Shown: positions 41,690 to 52,346, counted from the stretch's first letter. The stretch is DNA of 64,000 nucleotides from Gemmatimonadota bacterium (GCA_039591655.1 JBDHDE010000003.1:1-64000), one strand, 5' to 3'. Program-made: numbers and translations. Notes: a model not told the origin generated them from the letters alone.

Positions 41690-42475
41690 CTAGGTCTTAG
41701 CGAGGGAGCTACCGCCGTCCACGACGATGACGGCGCCGGTGATCCAAGCGCCGCCGGGACTGGCCAGGTACAGCACGACGTTGGCGATGTCCTCCGCAGT
41801 TCCCCAGCGCCCCAGGGGAATCTGCCGGCGCATCTGCTCATCGATGGCTGCCGTCCCGTCGTCGCCGACGGCAAAGGCCTTCGTCGCGCCCTCCGTGGGG
41901 ATCGGCCCCGGCGCCACGGCGTTCACGGTGATGTTGTCCGGCGCCCACTCGAGGGCGAGGGTTTTGGTGAGCGCGTCCACACCGGCCTTCGCCGCGGTTG
42001 CGTGGGCCATCTGCGGCCAACCCCTGTAATGCAGGGTCATGGAGATGGATATGATGCGTCCGCCGCTCTGCTGCGCCATCGCAGGGTAGACCGCCTGCGA
42101 GCAGAAGAACGAGCCGTAGAGGTCGGTCTCAACCACCGCCCGCCAGCCGTTGGGCGACAGCTCGGCCGACGGCGCGTAGAAGTTGCCGGCCGCGTTGTTC
42201 ACTAGCAGGTCCACGCGGCCGAAGGCGTCGAGTGCGCGGTCGACCATGGCCCGAGTCGACTCGGGTTGGCGGACGTTTGTCTGCACGGCCAGCACCCGGC
42301 CGCCGTGCTTCCCGAGCTGCTGTGCCGCGGCGTCCAACCTCTCCTGCTTGCGGCTGGCGATCACGACGTCGGCCCCGTGCCGAGCCAGCGCGGTGGCGAT
42401 GCCCAATCCGATGCCCGTGCCGCCGCCCGTGACGAGGCCGACCTGGCCTTCGAGTAAGCCCTCTCGAAAGATCAC
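41690..42475 (-). CDS. SDR oxidoreductase (2,4-dienoyl-CoA reductase-like)
   Basis: TGGGTGIG, NNAAGNF, LSPNGW, AKAG, APGPI. Confidence 0.88.
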   Translation of the reverse strand: MIFREGLLEGQVGLVTGGGTGIGLGIATALARHGADVVIASRKQERLDAAAQQLGKHGGRVLAVQTNVRQPESTRAMVDRALDAFGRVDLLVNNAAGNFYAPSAELSPNGWRAVVETDLYGSFFCSQAVYPAMAQQSGGRIISISMTLHYRGWPQMAHATAAKAGVDALTKTLALEWAPDNITVNAVAPGPIPTEGATKAFAVGDDGTAAIDEQMRRQIPLGRWGTAEDIANVVLYLASPGGAWITGAVIVVDGGSSLAKT

Positions 42476-42647
42476 CGTGTCTCCGCGGTTTGAAGTGGGG
42501 GTGCCTCGGCCCCGAAGATAACCACCGGCCGTCGCATGTCCCACTAGCGCCGGCGACGCTGTGGCTCCGGGTATATTGCACCGCGGGGTCCAAGGGGGCC
42601 TGCGAAGGGACGTGCCGCCCACGGCACGCGGGAGCGAGGAGGTGAGA

Positions 42648-44015
42648 ATGGCCATCGAGTCCATCAACCCCACCAGCGGCGAGCGGATCGCCACCTATCG
42701 CGAGGTCTCACGTGAGGAGGTGACCGCCATTCTCGCTGCTGCCGACCGGGCTTTCCACCGGTGGCGGCGGGTGGACTTCGCCGAACGGTCGGAGTTGATG
42801 CGGCGGGCGGCGGCCGTGCTGCGTGAGCGTGCCAAGGAGTACGCCATCCTCATGGCGCAGGAGATGGGGAAGCCGCTCGCCCAGGGGCGAGCGGAGGTCG
42901 ATAAGTGCGCCTGGGTGTGCGACTACTACGCCGACAACGCCGCGGCCTTCCTCGCCCCGGAGCAGATCGAAACGGACGCGTCGAAGAGCTTCGTCACGCA
43001 TCAGCCCCTGGGCGTGGTCCTCGCCGTGATGCCGTGGAACTTCCCGCTGTGGCAGGTATTCCGGTTTGCTGCGCCTGGCTTGATGGCGGGCAACGCCGGG
43101 GTCTTGAAGCACTCCTCCAACGTGATGGGGTGCGCCACGGCGATCGAGTCGGTGTTCCACGACGCGGGATTCCCGCACGACCTCTTCCGCACGCTGGTGC
43201 TCGGCTCCTCCCGCGTGATGGACGTGATCAACGCCCCCGAGGTGCGCGCCGTCACCCTGACCGGCAGCGGGCCCGCCGGCAGGGCGGTGGCCGCCGCGGC
43301 CGGCGCTGCGCTCAAGAAGACCGTGCTGGAGCTGGGCGGAAGCGACCCGTACGTGGTGCTGGAGGACGCCGATCTGGAGGAGGCGGCCGACACCTGCGTC
43401 AACTCCCGTCTCATCAACAGCGGCCAGAGCTGCATCGCCGCCAAGCGGTTCATCGTGGTCGAGCCGGTGCTGGAGGTGTTCGAGGCGCTCTACGTCGAGA
43501 AGATGCGGGTCAAGACGATGGGGGATCCCCTCGTAGAGGGCGTGGACGTGGGCCCCCAGGCGCGGGCGGACCTGCGGGACGACCTGCACCGCCAGGTCGC
43601 GGCGTCGGTGCAGGCCGGCGCCCGGGTGCTGCTCGGCGGGGAGATCCCCGAGGGTCCCGGCGCGTTCTACCCGCCCACCGTGTTGAGCGGGGTCTGCCCG
43701 GGGATGCCGGCCTACGACGAAGAGATGTTCGGGCCGGTGGCGGCGATCATCGCCGCGGAAGACGAGGCCGACGCGATCCGGATTGCCAACGACAGCCCCT
43801 TCGGCCTGGGCGCCGCCGTGTTCACCGGGAATGCGGCCCGGGGGGAGCGCATCGCGTCGGAGGAGCTGGAGGCCGGCTCGTGTTTCGTCAACGCGCTCGT
43901 GAAGTCGGATCCCCGACTGCCGTTCGGCGGGATCAAGGAGTCGGGCTACGGCCGCGAGCTGGCCGTGTTCGGGATCCGGGAGTTCGTGAACGTGAAAACG
44001 GTGTGGGTGAAGTAG
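42648..44015 (+). CDS. NAD(P)-dependent succinate-semialdehyde dehydrogenase (Sad/GabD-like)
   Basis: MPWNFP, LTGS, LELGGSDP, GQSCIAAKR, EEMFGP, PFGGIKESGYGRE. Confidence 0.9.
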   Translation: MAIESINPTSGERIATYREVSREEVTAILAAADRAFHRWRRVDFAERSELMRRAAAVLRERAKEYAILMAQEMGKPLAQGRAEVDKCAWVCDYYADNAAAFLAPEQIETDASKSFVTHQPLGVVLAVMPWNFPLWQVFRFAAPGLMAGNAGVLKHSSNVMGCATAIESVFHDAGFPHDLFRTLVLGSSRVMDVINAPEVRAVTLTGSGPAGRAVAAAAGAALKKTVLELGGSDPYVVLEDADLEEAADTCVNSRLINSGQSCIAAKRFIVVEPVLEVFEALYVEKMRVKTMGDPLVEGVDVGPQARADLRDDLHRQVAASVQAGARVLLGGEIPEGPGAFYPPTVLSGVCPGMPAYDEEMFGPVAAIIAAEDEADAIRIANDSPFGLGAAVFTGNAARGERIASEELEAGSCFVNALVKSDPRLPFGGIKESGYGRELAVFGIREFVNVKTVWVK

Positions 44016-44056
44016 GCGGGAAGCTGGGGAAGGGGCCGAAGTGAGGCCTACCCTCG

Positions 44057-44770
44057 CTACGGATTCGTGGGCCTGATATCCAGCTCCGAGACCAGCGCCC
44101 GGTCGGGCAGCTCGAGGGCGGCCAGGACTGTCGCCGCCACGTCTTCCGCCTGCAGCTTCCGCTCCGGACTTGCCAGCTCCGATCCCGACTTGTCGAAGAA
44201 GGGCGTCACCACTGATCCGGGGCAGATCGCCACGACCCGGATGCCTTCTTTGCGAACCTCCCCGAACAGCGACTTGGAGAACCCCAGCACCGCATGCTTC
44301 GAGGCGGCATAGGCTGCGCCGCCCGGCACCGGATTGCGGCCGGCCAGGCTGGCGATGTTGACGATATGGCCGCTGCCGCGGCGCCTCATTTCCGGGAGAA
44401 CCGCCCGGGTCATCAGGAAGACGCCGCGCACGTTCACCGCCATGGTCTCGTCGAACTGCGCGACTGTCATATCCGCGACGGGCGCGAAGTGTGCCAGGCC
44501 GGCGTTGTTGACCAGGACGTCGGCGGGGCCGAGACCCTCACGAGCCAATTCGGCAAAGGCCGCGACGCTGGCCTCATCAGCCACGTCGCACGCCTGCCCC
44601 ACTGCCATTACCCCGCGCTCCTCGAGTTCGTCCAGTATGGCATCCACGCGGTCGGCGGTTCGGGCGCATACGGCGAGGCGGGCGCCCCGGTCGCCGAGGG
44701 CGAGGGCTATGGCCCGGCCGATCCCCTCAGTGGCGCCGGTGACGATGCAGTTGGCGTTTCGGAGATCCAT
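44057..44770 (-). CDS. SDR oxidoreductase
   Basis: TGATEGIG, NNAG, YAASK. Confidence 0.9.
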   Translation of the reverse strand: MDLRNANCIVTGATEGIGRAIALALGDRGARLAVCARTADRVDAILDELEERGVMAVGQACDVADEASVAAFAELAREGLGPADVLVNNAGLAHFAPVADMTVAQFDETMAVNVRGVFLMTRAVLPEMRRRGSGHIVNIASLAGRNPVPGGAAYAASKHAVLGFSKSLFGEVRKEGIRVVAICPGSVVTPFFDKSGSELASPERKLQAEDVAATVLAALELPDRALVSELDIRPTNP

Positions 44771-44882
44771 GTCGAGTAAGGTACTGCCGAAGTGACGTCT
44801 GCCTAAGGGGCGTGGATGGCGGGCTTGCGAGTGGCAGGGAGCCGGGCCATGTTCCGAATCCCCCGAATCAGGAGGTGAAGAC

Positions 44883-46979
44883 GTGCGTGTCTATACGGGA
44901 GAGGCGATCCGGAATGTCGCGGTCGTCGGCCACGGCGCGAGCGGCAAGACGAGCCTCGTTGATGCCCTCGCGTTCGTGGCCGGAAGCAGTACACGACATG
45001 GCCGGGTCGAAGACGGAACCGCGCTCACCGACTACACCCCCGACGAAATCGATCGGCAGTACTCCATCAACCTCGCCCTCGCCCACGCCGAGTGGAACAA
45101 GGTCAAGATCAATCTGATCGATACCCCGGGTTACCTGGACTTCATGGGTGACGCCATGGCCGGTGTGTATGCGGCCGACGCCGCGCTGGTGGTGGTCGGC
45201 GCCACGTCAGGGGTGGAGGTCGGCACCGAGAAGGTCTGGGAATTCGCCGAGGAGCGCGGCATCCCGCGGCTCTTCTTCATGTCGCTACTGGACAAGGAGC
45301 ATGCCGATTTCGAGAAGGTCTACCAGGACATCAAGCAGCACCTCACCCCTAAGGTCGTCCCGATCGAGATCCCGGTTGGCGAGGGACCCGAGTTCAAGGG
45401 AATCGTCAACCTGTTTTCGAAGAAGTGCCACATGTACAAGAAGGGGACCAAGACCGGGGAGTACGACGAGGTTGACGTCCCCGAGGAGTACCAGGAGCGG
45501 GTCGAGAAGTACTCACAAGAGCTGATGGAGACCATCGCCACGACCAGTGACGATCTCCTGGAGCGGTACCTGGGAGGTGACGAGATCTCACGGGACGAAG
45601 CGATCGCGGCCATGAAACAGGGTGCGGCCGACGGTGAGATCTGCCCGCTCCTGTGCGGGTCGGGCCATCTGACGTATGGCGTCCGTGCACTTCTGACGAA
45701 GCTCGTGGAGGTTGTGCCCGCGCCCACGGACCGGCCGCCTGCGCAGGCAGAGAAGTGGGGCAGCGCTGAGAAGATCGAGCTCAAGCCGAGCGACGAAGCG
45801 CCGTTCGTCGCGCAGGTCTTCAAGACGGTCTCGGAGCCCCACGTGGGCGACGTGTCGTTCTTCCGGGTCTATTCGGGGAGCGTGTCGAACGGCATGGATG
45901 TCTACAATGCGCCGCGCAGCTCCACCGAGAAGCTCAATCATCTCTCTGTGGCGCAGGGGAAGGAGCGGAGCGAGGCTCCAATGCTGCACGTGGGTGACAT
46001 CGGCGTGGTGGCCAAACTCAAGGACACGCACACCAACGACACACTGTCAACGCAGAGCAACCAGGTGGTGCTGCCCAAGATCCCCTTCCCCGGGCCACTC
46101 ACGGTGCTCTCTGTGAAGGTCAAGCAGCGGGGCGAAGAGGACAAGCTCTCCACCGGGCTGCAGAAGCTGCACGAGGAAGACCCGACTTTCCACAGCCGGT
46201 TCGAGGCGGAGCTGTCGCAGACGCTGATCAGCGGACGGGGAGAGCGGCACCTGGAGATCATCGTCGGCCGCCTGGAGCGGAAGTTCGGCGTGCACGCTGA
46301 GCTGGGGAAGCCGCGCGTGGCGTACCGCGAGACGTTCAAGGGGAAGGGCGACGGACAGGGCCGCCACAAGAAGCAGACCGGCGGCCGCGGCCAGTTCGGC
46401 GACTGCTGGATCCGCATCGCGCCGCTGCCGCGGGGGACGGGCTACGAGTTCGACAATAAGATCAAGGGCGGTGTGATTCCCAACAAGTACATCCCCGCGG
46501 TGAACAAGGGGATCCAGGAGGCTGCACATCGGGGTGTGCTGGCGCACTTCCCCGTTGTGGATTTCAAGGTCGAGTGCTACGACGGATCGTATCACGATGT
46601 GGACTCGAGCGAGCAATCGTTCAAGATGGCGGGCATCTTGGCGTTCCGGAACGTGGCGCCGAAGGCGAAGCCGGTACTGCTCGAGCCGATTCTCCAGGTC
46701 GAGGTGTGGACGCCCGAGGAGAACCTCGGGGAGGTGATGGGGGATCTGTCCTCCCGGCGGGGCCAGATTCTGGGGAGCGAGCCCGACAAGCGCCTGACGA
46801 GGGTGAAGGCCTACGTGCCGGAAGCGGAGATGTATCGGTACGCCACACAGCTCCACTCGATGACCCACGGGCGTGGTACGTTCCATTGGGACTTCTCGAC
46901 GTACCAGGAGGTGCCGCCCGACGTCGCCGAGAAGGTCAAGGCGGAGCGAGAGCGCGAGCTGGAGGAGGAGAAGAAATAG
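44883..46979 (+). CDS. fusA: Elongation factor G paralog (EF-G2 type)
   Basis: GHGASGKT, DTPGYLDF, GERHLEI, HKKQTGGRGQFG, DGSYHDVDSS; divergent G1/switch I and not in a str operon. Confidence 0.9.
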   Translation: MRVYTGEAIRNVAVVGHGASGKTSLVDALAFVAGSSTRHGRVEDGTALTDYTPDEIDRQYSINLALAHAEWNKVKINLIDTPGYLDFMGDAMAGVYAADAALVVVGATSGVEVGTEKVWEFAEERGIPRLFFMSLLDKEHADFEKVYQDIKQHLTPKVVPIEIPVGEGPEFKGIVNLFSKKCHMYKKGTKTGEYDEVDVPEEYQERVEKYSQELMETIATTSDDLLERYLGGDEISRDEAIAAMKQGAADGEICPLLCGSGHLTYGVRALLTKLVEVVPAPTDRPPAQAEKWGSAEKIELKPSDEAPFVAQVFKTVSEPHVGDVSFFRVYSGSVSNGMDVYNAPRSSTEKLNHLSVAQGKERSEAPMLHVGDIGVVAKLKDTHTNDTLSTQSNQVVLPKIPFPGPLTVLSVKVKQRGEEDKLSTGLQKLHEEDPTFHSRFEAELSQTLISGRGERHLEIIVGRLERKFGVHAELGKPRVAYRETFKGKGDGQGRHKKQTGGRGQFGDCWIRIAPLPRGTGYEFDNKIKGGVIPNKYIPAVNKGIQEAAHRGVLAHFPVVDFKVECYDGSYHDVDSSEQSFKMAGILAFRNVAPKAKPVLLEPILQVEVWTPEENLGEVMGDLSSRRGQILGSEPDKRLTRVKAYVPEAEMYRYATQLHSMTHGRGTFHWDFSTYQEVPPDVAEKVKAERERELEEEKK

Positions 46980-47021
46980 GCCGGCGTGCGGTCGGCCGAT
47001 GCGAAGCGGGTCCGGGGTGTC

Positions 47022-48221
47022 CTAGGCCCGCTTCTTCTTGGTGGCCCGCCGTCCGCCGTTGCGGGAGCGCTTGCGCTGCGCCGGCTTGGCACGCCGCTGC
47101 CGGGCCTGCTCGAGCGACGTCAATCCGTACTCCGGGTCGTGAATGCCGACCGACACCAGGGTTCCCTCTCTCGGCTGCTTCCAGACGTAGCGCTCGCCCC
47201 GGTAGTTACGCAGCACGACCTCGTCCTCGTTGATCGCTTCCACGTACTCGGGGAGCAGCGGAACCTTGCCGCCCCCGCCGGGTGCGTCGATGGCAAAATG
47301 CGGGACGGCCAGACCACTGGTCCAGCCGCGCAGGCCCTCGACGATCTCTAGTCCCTTCTCGACGTTTGTCTTGAAGTGCTCCACGCCGGCCACGTTGTCG
47401 CACATGTAGAGGTAGTACGGGCGCACCCGCGCTGCTACGAGCCTCTGCATCAGCTCCTTCATGACCTCGACGTCGTCGTTGACGCCCTCGAGCAGGACCG
47501 TCTGGCACCCCAACGGCACTCCGGCGTCGGCGAGCCGGCCGAGCCCCTTCACCGCGGCGGGCGTGAGCTCGATAGGATGATTGAAGTGCGTGTTGATGTA
47601 TAGCGGGTGGTACTTCTTCAGCACCTTGCACAACTGGGGCGTGATCCGCTCCGGGAGGTGGCACGGTACCCTGCTCCCGATGCGGATGACCTCCAAATGG
47701 TCGATGCTGCGCAGCCGGCCCAGTATGAGATCGAGGCGGCGGTCGGACAGCATGAGGGGGTCGCCGCCCGACAGGATCACGTCGCGGATCTCTTGGTGCT
47801 CCTCCAGATAGCGGAAGGCGCTCTCCAACCGCGCCATGGAGATCTTCTCGGGATCGCCGACCTTGCGGCGCCGTGTGCAGAAGCGGCAGTACGCGGCGCA
47901 CACGGGGCTGACCAGGAACAGCGCACGGTCGGGGTAGCGATGCGTGATGTTGGGTACCGGGCTGTCCTCGTCCTCGTTGAGGCTGTCGAGCACGCCGTCG
48001 ACGACCTCCAACTCCAGCAGGTCGGGAACGTACTGGCGCCAGATGGCATCGCCGGGTTCCTGGATCAGATCCACCATCGCCGGGGAGATCCGAAACTCGA
48101 AGTTGTCCACGGCTTCCTGGAGCCGGTGCAAGTCCGGGAAGTGCTCGGCCCCGAACCTGTCGACGAGCTGTCGCAGGGAGCGGAGGCTCCGCTCGTGGAG
48201 GAGCTTCTGCCAATCAGCCAT
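47022..48221 (-). CDS. KamA-family radical SAM/PLP aminomutase (lysine 2,3-aminomutase-like)
   Basis: HRYPDR, CAAYCRFC, SGGDPL, HFNHP, RPYYLYMCD, IDAPGGGGK. Confidence 0.92.
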   Translation of the reverse strand: MADWQKLLHERSLRSLRQLVDRFGAEHFPDLHRLQEAVDNFEFRISPAMVDLIQEPGDAIWRQYVPDLLELEVVDGVLDSLNEDEDSPVPNITHRYPDRALFLVSPVCAAYCRFCTRRRKVGDPEKISMARLESAFRYLEEHQEIRDVILSGGDPLMLSDRRLDLILGRLRSIDHLEVIRIGSRVPCHLPERITPQLCKVLKKYHPLYINTHFNHPIELTPAAVKGLGRLADAGVPLGCQTVLLEGVNDDVEVMKELMQRLVAARVRPYYLYMCDNVAGVEHFKTNVEKGLEIVEGLRGWTSGLAVPHFAIDAPGGGGKVPLLPEYVEAINEDEVVLRNYRGERYVWKQPREGTLVSVGIHDPEYGLTSLEQARQRRAKPAQRKRSRNGGRRATKKKRA

Positions 48222-48735
48222 GGTGCGCCGTCTCCGCTGGGGGAGGATCCAGGTGCCTGGTATAGACGACCAGGTCGTCCTCCGGAGCGTAGTACTCCGG
48301 GATGTGGGCGGCGCGCCTGTAGTCTAGAGACTCGTAGAACGCGCGGGTCGGGCCGTAATCGCTGCGGGAGGACGTCTCGACCACCACCAGCCGCCCGCCG
48401 TTGGCCCGAATGGCCTCCTCGGTGGCGGCCATCAGCTGTCGGCCGACACCGAGGCGTTGCGCGGCCGAATCCACGACGATCCAGTAGAGATCCCACGTCG
48501 CGACCGTGCACGGCGTCGGGCCCCACAGGGTGAACCCCACGAGTCGTTCCTCGTCGAACGCTCCCAGGGCGAAATAGTCAGCACCGGGCTCGGCGACGGC
48601 CTCCTCGAATACCTCGAGTGCCACGTTGATCTCGTCCGGCCGGAACACACCGGTGGCCGCGACCATCTCCGCGATGCGCCGACGGTCGGCCGCATGGGGC
48701 ACCCGCAGGGTGATGGTGGGGGCGCGCACTGTCAT
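48214..48735 (-). CDS. GNAT N-acetyltransferase
   Basis: WDLYWIVV, QRLGVGRQL, VETSS, TRAFYE; overlaps both neighbours. Confidence 0.88.
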   Translation of the reverse strand: MTVRAPTITLRVPHAADRRRIAEMVAATGVFRPDEINVALEVFEEAVAEPGADYFALGAFDEERLVGFTLWGPTPCTVATWDLYWIVVDSAAQRLGVGRQLMAATEEAIRANGGRLVVVETSSRSDYGPTRAFYESLDYRRAAHIPEYYAPEDDLVVYTRHLDPPPAETAHHG

Positions 48736-49742
48736 GCGACCCGATCCCCCGCCGTCGGTGCCAGCACGCGGGCCGCCGCCGGCCGCTGCGCCACCTCGAG
48801 GGCCGCGCGGACTATCCGCGATACCAGGTCGTCGTACGACCACCCCTGGGCCCGTGCCATGTTCACCAAGCCTGCGTCGCTCGAGATGTCCGGACTGGGG
48901 TTGACCTCGAGAATCCACGGCTGCCCGCCGGCGTCTACCCGCATGTCGACCCGCCCGTAGCCCCGGCCCTCGACGGCGTGCCACGCCGCCCGGGCCACGC
49001 GGACGATGCGCTCGGCGAGCGCCGGCTCGACGTGCGCCGGGCAAACGGGCTGGGTGCCGGAGTACTCGGGGCTCTCCGGAGTCCATTTGGCGTCGAATGA
49101 CACGATGGGCCAGGCCCCGTGGGGCATGCCGTCGAAGTCGATCTCCGAGAGCGGCAGAGTGTGCTCGCCTACGAACGCGGTGGCGATCTCGCGACCGTGG
49201 ATGTACTGCTGGACGATCACGCTCCCGTAGTGCTCCGTGTGCGCGGCCACCCGCTCGTCGAGCTGCTCCCGCGTCGCCACGATCGAGGCCTGGTCGATGC
49301 CTACGCTGGCGTCCTCCGCGGCCGGCTTCACGATCGCGGGGAGCGGGAAGTCCCCGGGGACCGGCTCGCCGTCGGGAGCGTGCCAGCGGGGGATTGGGAG
49401 GTTGGCCGCCTGGAGCACGGCGTTGAGCAGGGGCTTCCGGTGGCACACCGTCATCATCCACGCCGACCCACCGGTGTACGGGAGGCCGGCGAGCTCGATG
49501 GCGGACGCGACCTTGTACTCCCACTGGCTGACCCCGCCGATGCCCTCACAGAGGTTGAACACCAGGTCCGCCTCGCGGACCCGGTGGAACCACGCGAGAT
49601 CGGCCTCCACGGGGACCTTCCAAACCTCGTGCCCAGCGGCCGCGAGAGAGCCGGAGACCTCGTTCACGGGCTCCAGTACGGACTGGACGTCCTCCGGACT
49701 CCAGTCGTCCGCGCCGCCATCGTAGATCACGGCGACGCGCAT
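48732..49742 (-). CDS. D-Ala-D-Ala-ligase-like ATP-grasp enzyme
   Basis: VFNLCEG, PYTG, IVKPAAEDASVGI, GRVDMR, EVNPSP. Confidence 0.88.
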   Translation of the reverse strand: MRVAVIYDGGADDWSPEDVQSVLEPVNEVSGSLAAAGHEVWKVPVEADLAWFHRVREADLVFNLCEGIGGVSQWEYKVASAIELAGLPYTGGSAWMMTVCHRKPLLNAVLQAANLPIPRWHAPDGEPVPGDFPLPAIVKPAAEDASVGIDQASIVATREQLDERVAAHTEHYGSVIVQQYIHGREIATAFVGEHTLPLSEIDFDGMPHGAWPIVSFDAKWTPESPEYSGTQPVCPAHVEPALAERIVRVARAAWHAVEGRGYGRVDMRVDAGGQPWILEVNPSPDISSDAGLVNMARAQGWSYDDLVSRIVRAALEVAQRPAAARVLAPTAGDRVA

Positions 49743-50806
49743 GAAACCTTGAGTTCGTGTCCGGTGAGGCGACGCCAGGCGATGCGCGTGACTTCCTGGA
49801 TCAGCTCGTCGTAGCCCATGCCTTCGGCCTGCGCGGCTGTCGGAAAGCAGCTGTGAGCCGATGGATCCGGCATGATGCCCGGCAGCGGGTTTACCTCTAG
49901 CACATGAGGTGTCCCAGCGGCATCGAGCCGGAGATCGACCCGTGCCCAGTCCCGGCAGCCCAGCACGTGGTACGCGGCCAGCGCGGCCTCCGTGATAGCC
50001 GTCGCCATCCCATCGCGTACCCGCGCCGGACACTCCAGAATGTCGATGTCCGAGTCGGGTTGGTCCCACAGCCACTTCGCCTCGTAGCCCATGATGGGCA
50101 GGGCGCCGTCGGGGAGGGCATGGAACTTGTAGCGGATGAGTGGAAGCGCGCGCGCCTCGAGGCCGTTCCCGAGAACGGCCACGGTGAACTCGTCGCCCGG
50201 AAGGTAGGCCTCGGCGAGTACGGGTTGCCCGTAGGCGGCGAACAAATGCTTGGCGCGCTCCAGTGCGGCGGCCGGCGTGGGTGCGTGGCTCGCTTCGGCT
50301 ATTCCTTTAGAGGAGCCCTCCCACACGGGCTTCAGGAACAGCGGGTACCCGTCCACCCTCCGCAGCGCCGGCAGGTCCGCCTCCGACTGGAGCACGACGG
50401 ACGCCGGCGTCGGCACGCCGTGGTGCGTGAAGATCTGCTTCGCGCGTTCCTTGTGAAGCGCCAGCCCCAGGGTGAGGGGATCGCTGCCCAGGTAGGGAAT
50501 TCCGAGGAACTCGGCGATGGCCGGCACATGGGACTCGCGGTTGGGACCGCGCACCCCCTCGGCCATGTTGAACAGGAGGTCGAGGCCGGCGTCGTGCAAG
50601 CGGCCGGCGAAGCCATCGACGGCCTCGAGGAGGACGACATCGCCGAAGACCCTCAGTGCGTTACCGACTGCCTCGATCGTCTCCGGGTCGTCCCACTCGA
50701 CGTACTCGTCGACGGGCGAAGACGGCTCGGGGGAGGGTCGACCAGTGCCGCCGCTTCTCCAGGTGGCGTCGTCCGGTCGCTGATTGAACGCGAGCCCTAT
50801 GCGCAT
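49727..50806 (-). CDS. D-Ala-D-Ala-ligase-like ATP-grasp enzyme
   Basis: FNMAEG, PYLGSDP, KPVWEGSSKGI, RVDLR, EVNPLPG. Confidence 0.88.
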   Translation of the reverse strand: MRIGLAFNQRPDDATWRSGGTGRPSPEPSSPVDEYVEWDDPETIEAVGNALRVFGDVVLLEAVDGFAGRLHDAGLDLLFNMAEGVRGPNRESHVPAIAEFLGIPYLGSDPLTLGLALHKERAKQIFTHHGVPTPASVVLQSEADLPALRRVDGYPLFLKPVWEGSSKGIAEASHAPTPAAALERAKHLFAAYGQPVLAEAYLPGDEFTVAVLGNGLEARALPLIRYKFHALPDGALPIMGYEAKWLWDQPDSDIDILECPARVRDGMATAITEAALAAYHVLGCRDWARVDLRLDAAGTPHVLEVNPLPGIMPDPSAHSCFPTAAQAEGMGYDELIQEVTRIAWRRLTGHELKVSCASP

Positions 50807-50989
50807 CGAACTCCAAACGGAGCTTGTGTTGCGCAACACGATAAAGAATGCCGTTCAGTAATGCAATAGGTTTTTCGCATGAGTTGGAAGCTCGGAACGC
50901 ACGTGCCGTGTCGATGCGACGTGCGTCACACTCGCGCGCAGCGTCTCGATCGACTCGTGATGGGATGCGAACGGGGAAGGACCGGCCTG

Positions 50990-51487
50990 CTACCCCTCGG
51001 GCCGACAGCGGTGGTACACGCGGAAGCTGTACGGATGCGCGTGCTGGCCGTCGGCGGCGTGCCGGATGTCCTCCTCGAGTCGCCAATCGTCGAGGTCGAG
51101 CTCGGGGAAGAGCGTGTCACCCTCAACGGCCGCGTGTACCACCGTGAGGTAGATGCGTTCGGCACGCGGCAGAGCGAGGCGGTAGATGTCGGCGCCGCCC
51201 GCCACGAACACCTGGTCGTCGCCAGCCGCCAGCGCCAATGCCTCGTCGAGGCCGTGTGCCACCTCGGCTCCAGCGAACCGGCGGGCTCGGTCGCGGGTGA
51301 CGACGATGTTGCGGCGGTTTGGCAGCGGCTCGCCGAGAGAGTCGTAGGTCCGCCGGCCCATGATGACGGTGTGCCCGGTTGTGAGCGACTTGAAGTGCCG
51401 CATGTCGGCGGGCAGCCGCCAGGGCAGAGCGTTGTCGCGGCCAATCACCCGGTTTTCCGCGACAGCGGCGATGAGGGATACGATCAG
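50990..51487 (-). CDS. folA: Dihydrofolate reductase (probable CTG start)
   Basis: [41 protein letters not shown]. Confidence 0.93.
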   Translation of the reverse strand: MIVSLIAAVAENRVIGRDNALPWRLPADMRHFKSLTTGHTVIMGRRTYDSLGEPLPNRRNIVVTRDRARRFAGAEVAHGLDEALALAAGDDQVFVAGGADIYRLALPRAERIYLTVVHAAVEGDTLFPELDLDDWRLEEDIRHAADGQHAHPYSFRVYHRCRPEG

Positions 51488-52278
51488 ACGGCCACCTTGG
51501 CGGCGATACGGGGGTGGGGGTCGTAGCCTTCGAGGGTGAAGTCCCCGTAGTCGAAATCCAACAGGGACCGGACCTCGGGGTTGAGCCGCATCGAGGGAAG
51601 CGCCCGGGGCTGGCGACCCAGCTGGAGCTTCGTCTGCTCCAGGTGGTTGTTGTACAGGTGGACGTCGCCGAATGTGTGGACGAACTCACCCGGCTGGAGC
51701 CCGCCAACTTGCGCGATCATCATGGTGAGCAGGGAATACGACGCGATATTGAACGGCACGCCCAGGAACGTGTCGGCGCTCCGCTGGTAGAGCTGGCAGG
51801 AAAGCCGTCCATCGACCACGTAGAACTGGAACAGCACGTGGCACGGCGGCAGCGCCATCTTGGGCAGCTCACCCACGTTCCACGCACATACCATCATGCG
51901 GCGCGAGTCGGGGTCCTCGCGAATCAGCTCGAGCACCCGCGAGATCTGATCGACCTGCCGGCCGTCGGGTGTGGGCCAGGAGCGCCACTGCGCTCCGTAG
52001 ATCGGTCCGAGGTTCCCGCTCTCGTCCGCCCACTCGTCCCAGATGGTGACCCCGTGGTCGTTGAGGTAACGGACGTTGGTGTCACCATTCAGGAACCAGA
52101 GAAGCTCGTAGATGATCGACTTGAGGTGCAGCTTCTTGGTCGTCAGCAGCGGAAAACCGGCGTTCAGATCGAACCGCATCTGATAGCCGAACACGCTGAG
52201 CGTCCCGGTGCCCGTGCGATCGCGCTTGGGCCGCCCGTGGTCCAGGATGTGCTGCAGGAGATCCAGGTACTGTCGCAT
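51484..52278 (-). CDS. thyA: Thymidylate synthase
   Basis: [32 protein letters not shown]. Confidence 0.98.
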   Translation of the reverse strand: MRQYLDLLQHILDHGRPKRDRTGTGTLSVFGYQMRFDLNAGFPLLTTKKLHLKSIIYELLWFLNGDTNVRYLNDHGVTIWDEWADESGNLGPIYGAQWRSWPTPDGRQVDQISRVLELIREDPDSRRMMVCAWNVGELPKMALPPCHVLFQFYVVDGRLSCQLYQRSADTFLGVPFNIASYSLLTMMIAQVGGLQPGEFVHTFGDVHLYNNHLEQTKLQLGRQPRALPSMRLNPEVRSLLDFDYGDFTLEGYDPHPRIAAKVAV

Positions 52279-52346
52279 GAGCCTCGGGTCGATGGGAGGT
52301 GGCGCCGGAGGCCGGCGAGGCGCCCGACGCCAGGTGCCTATCCTAT

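Noticed and set aside
44883..48221. KamA as EpmB linked to translation factors
   Set aside because: No efp or epmA; EF-G2 is convergent, and KamA is coupled to the GNAT/ATP-grasp genes
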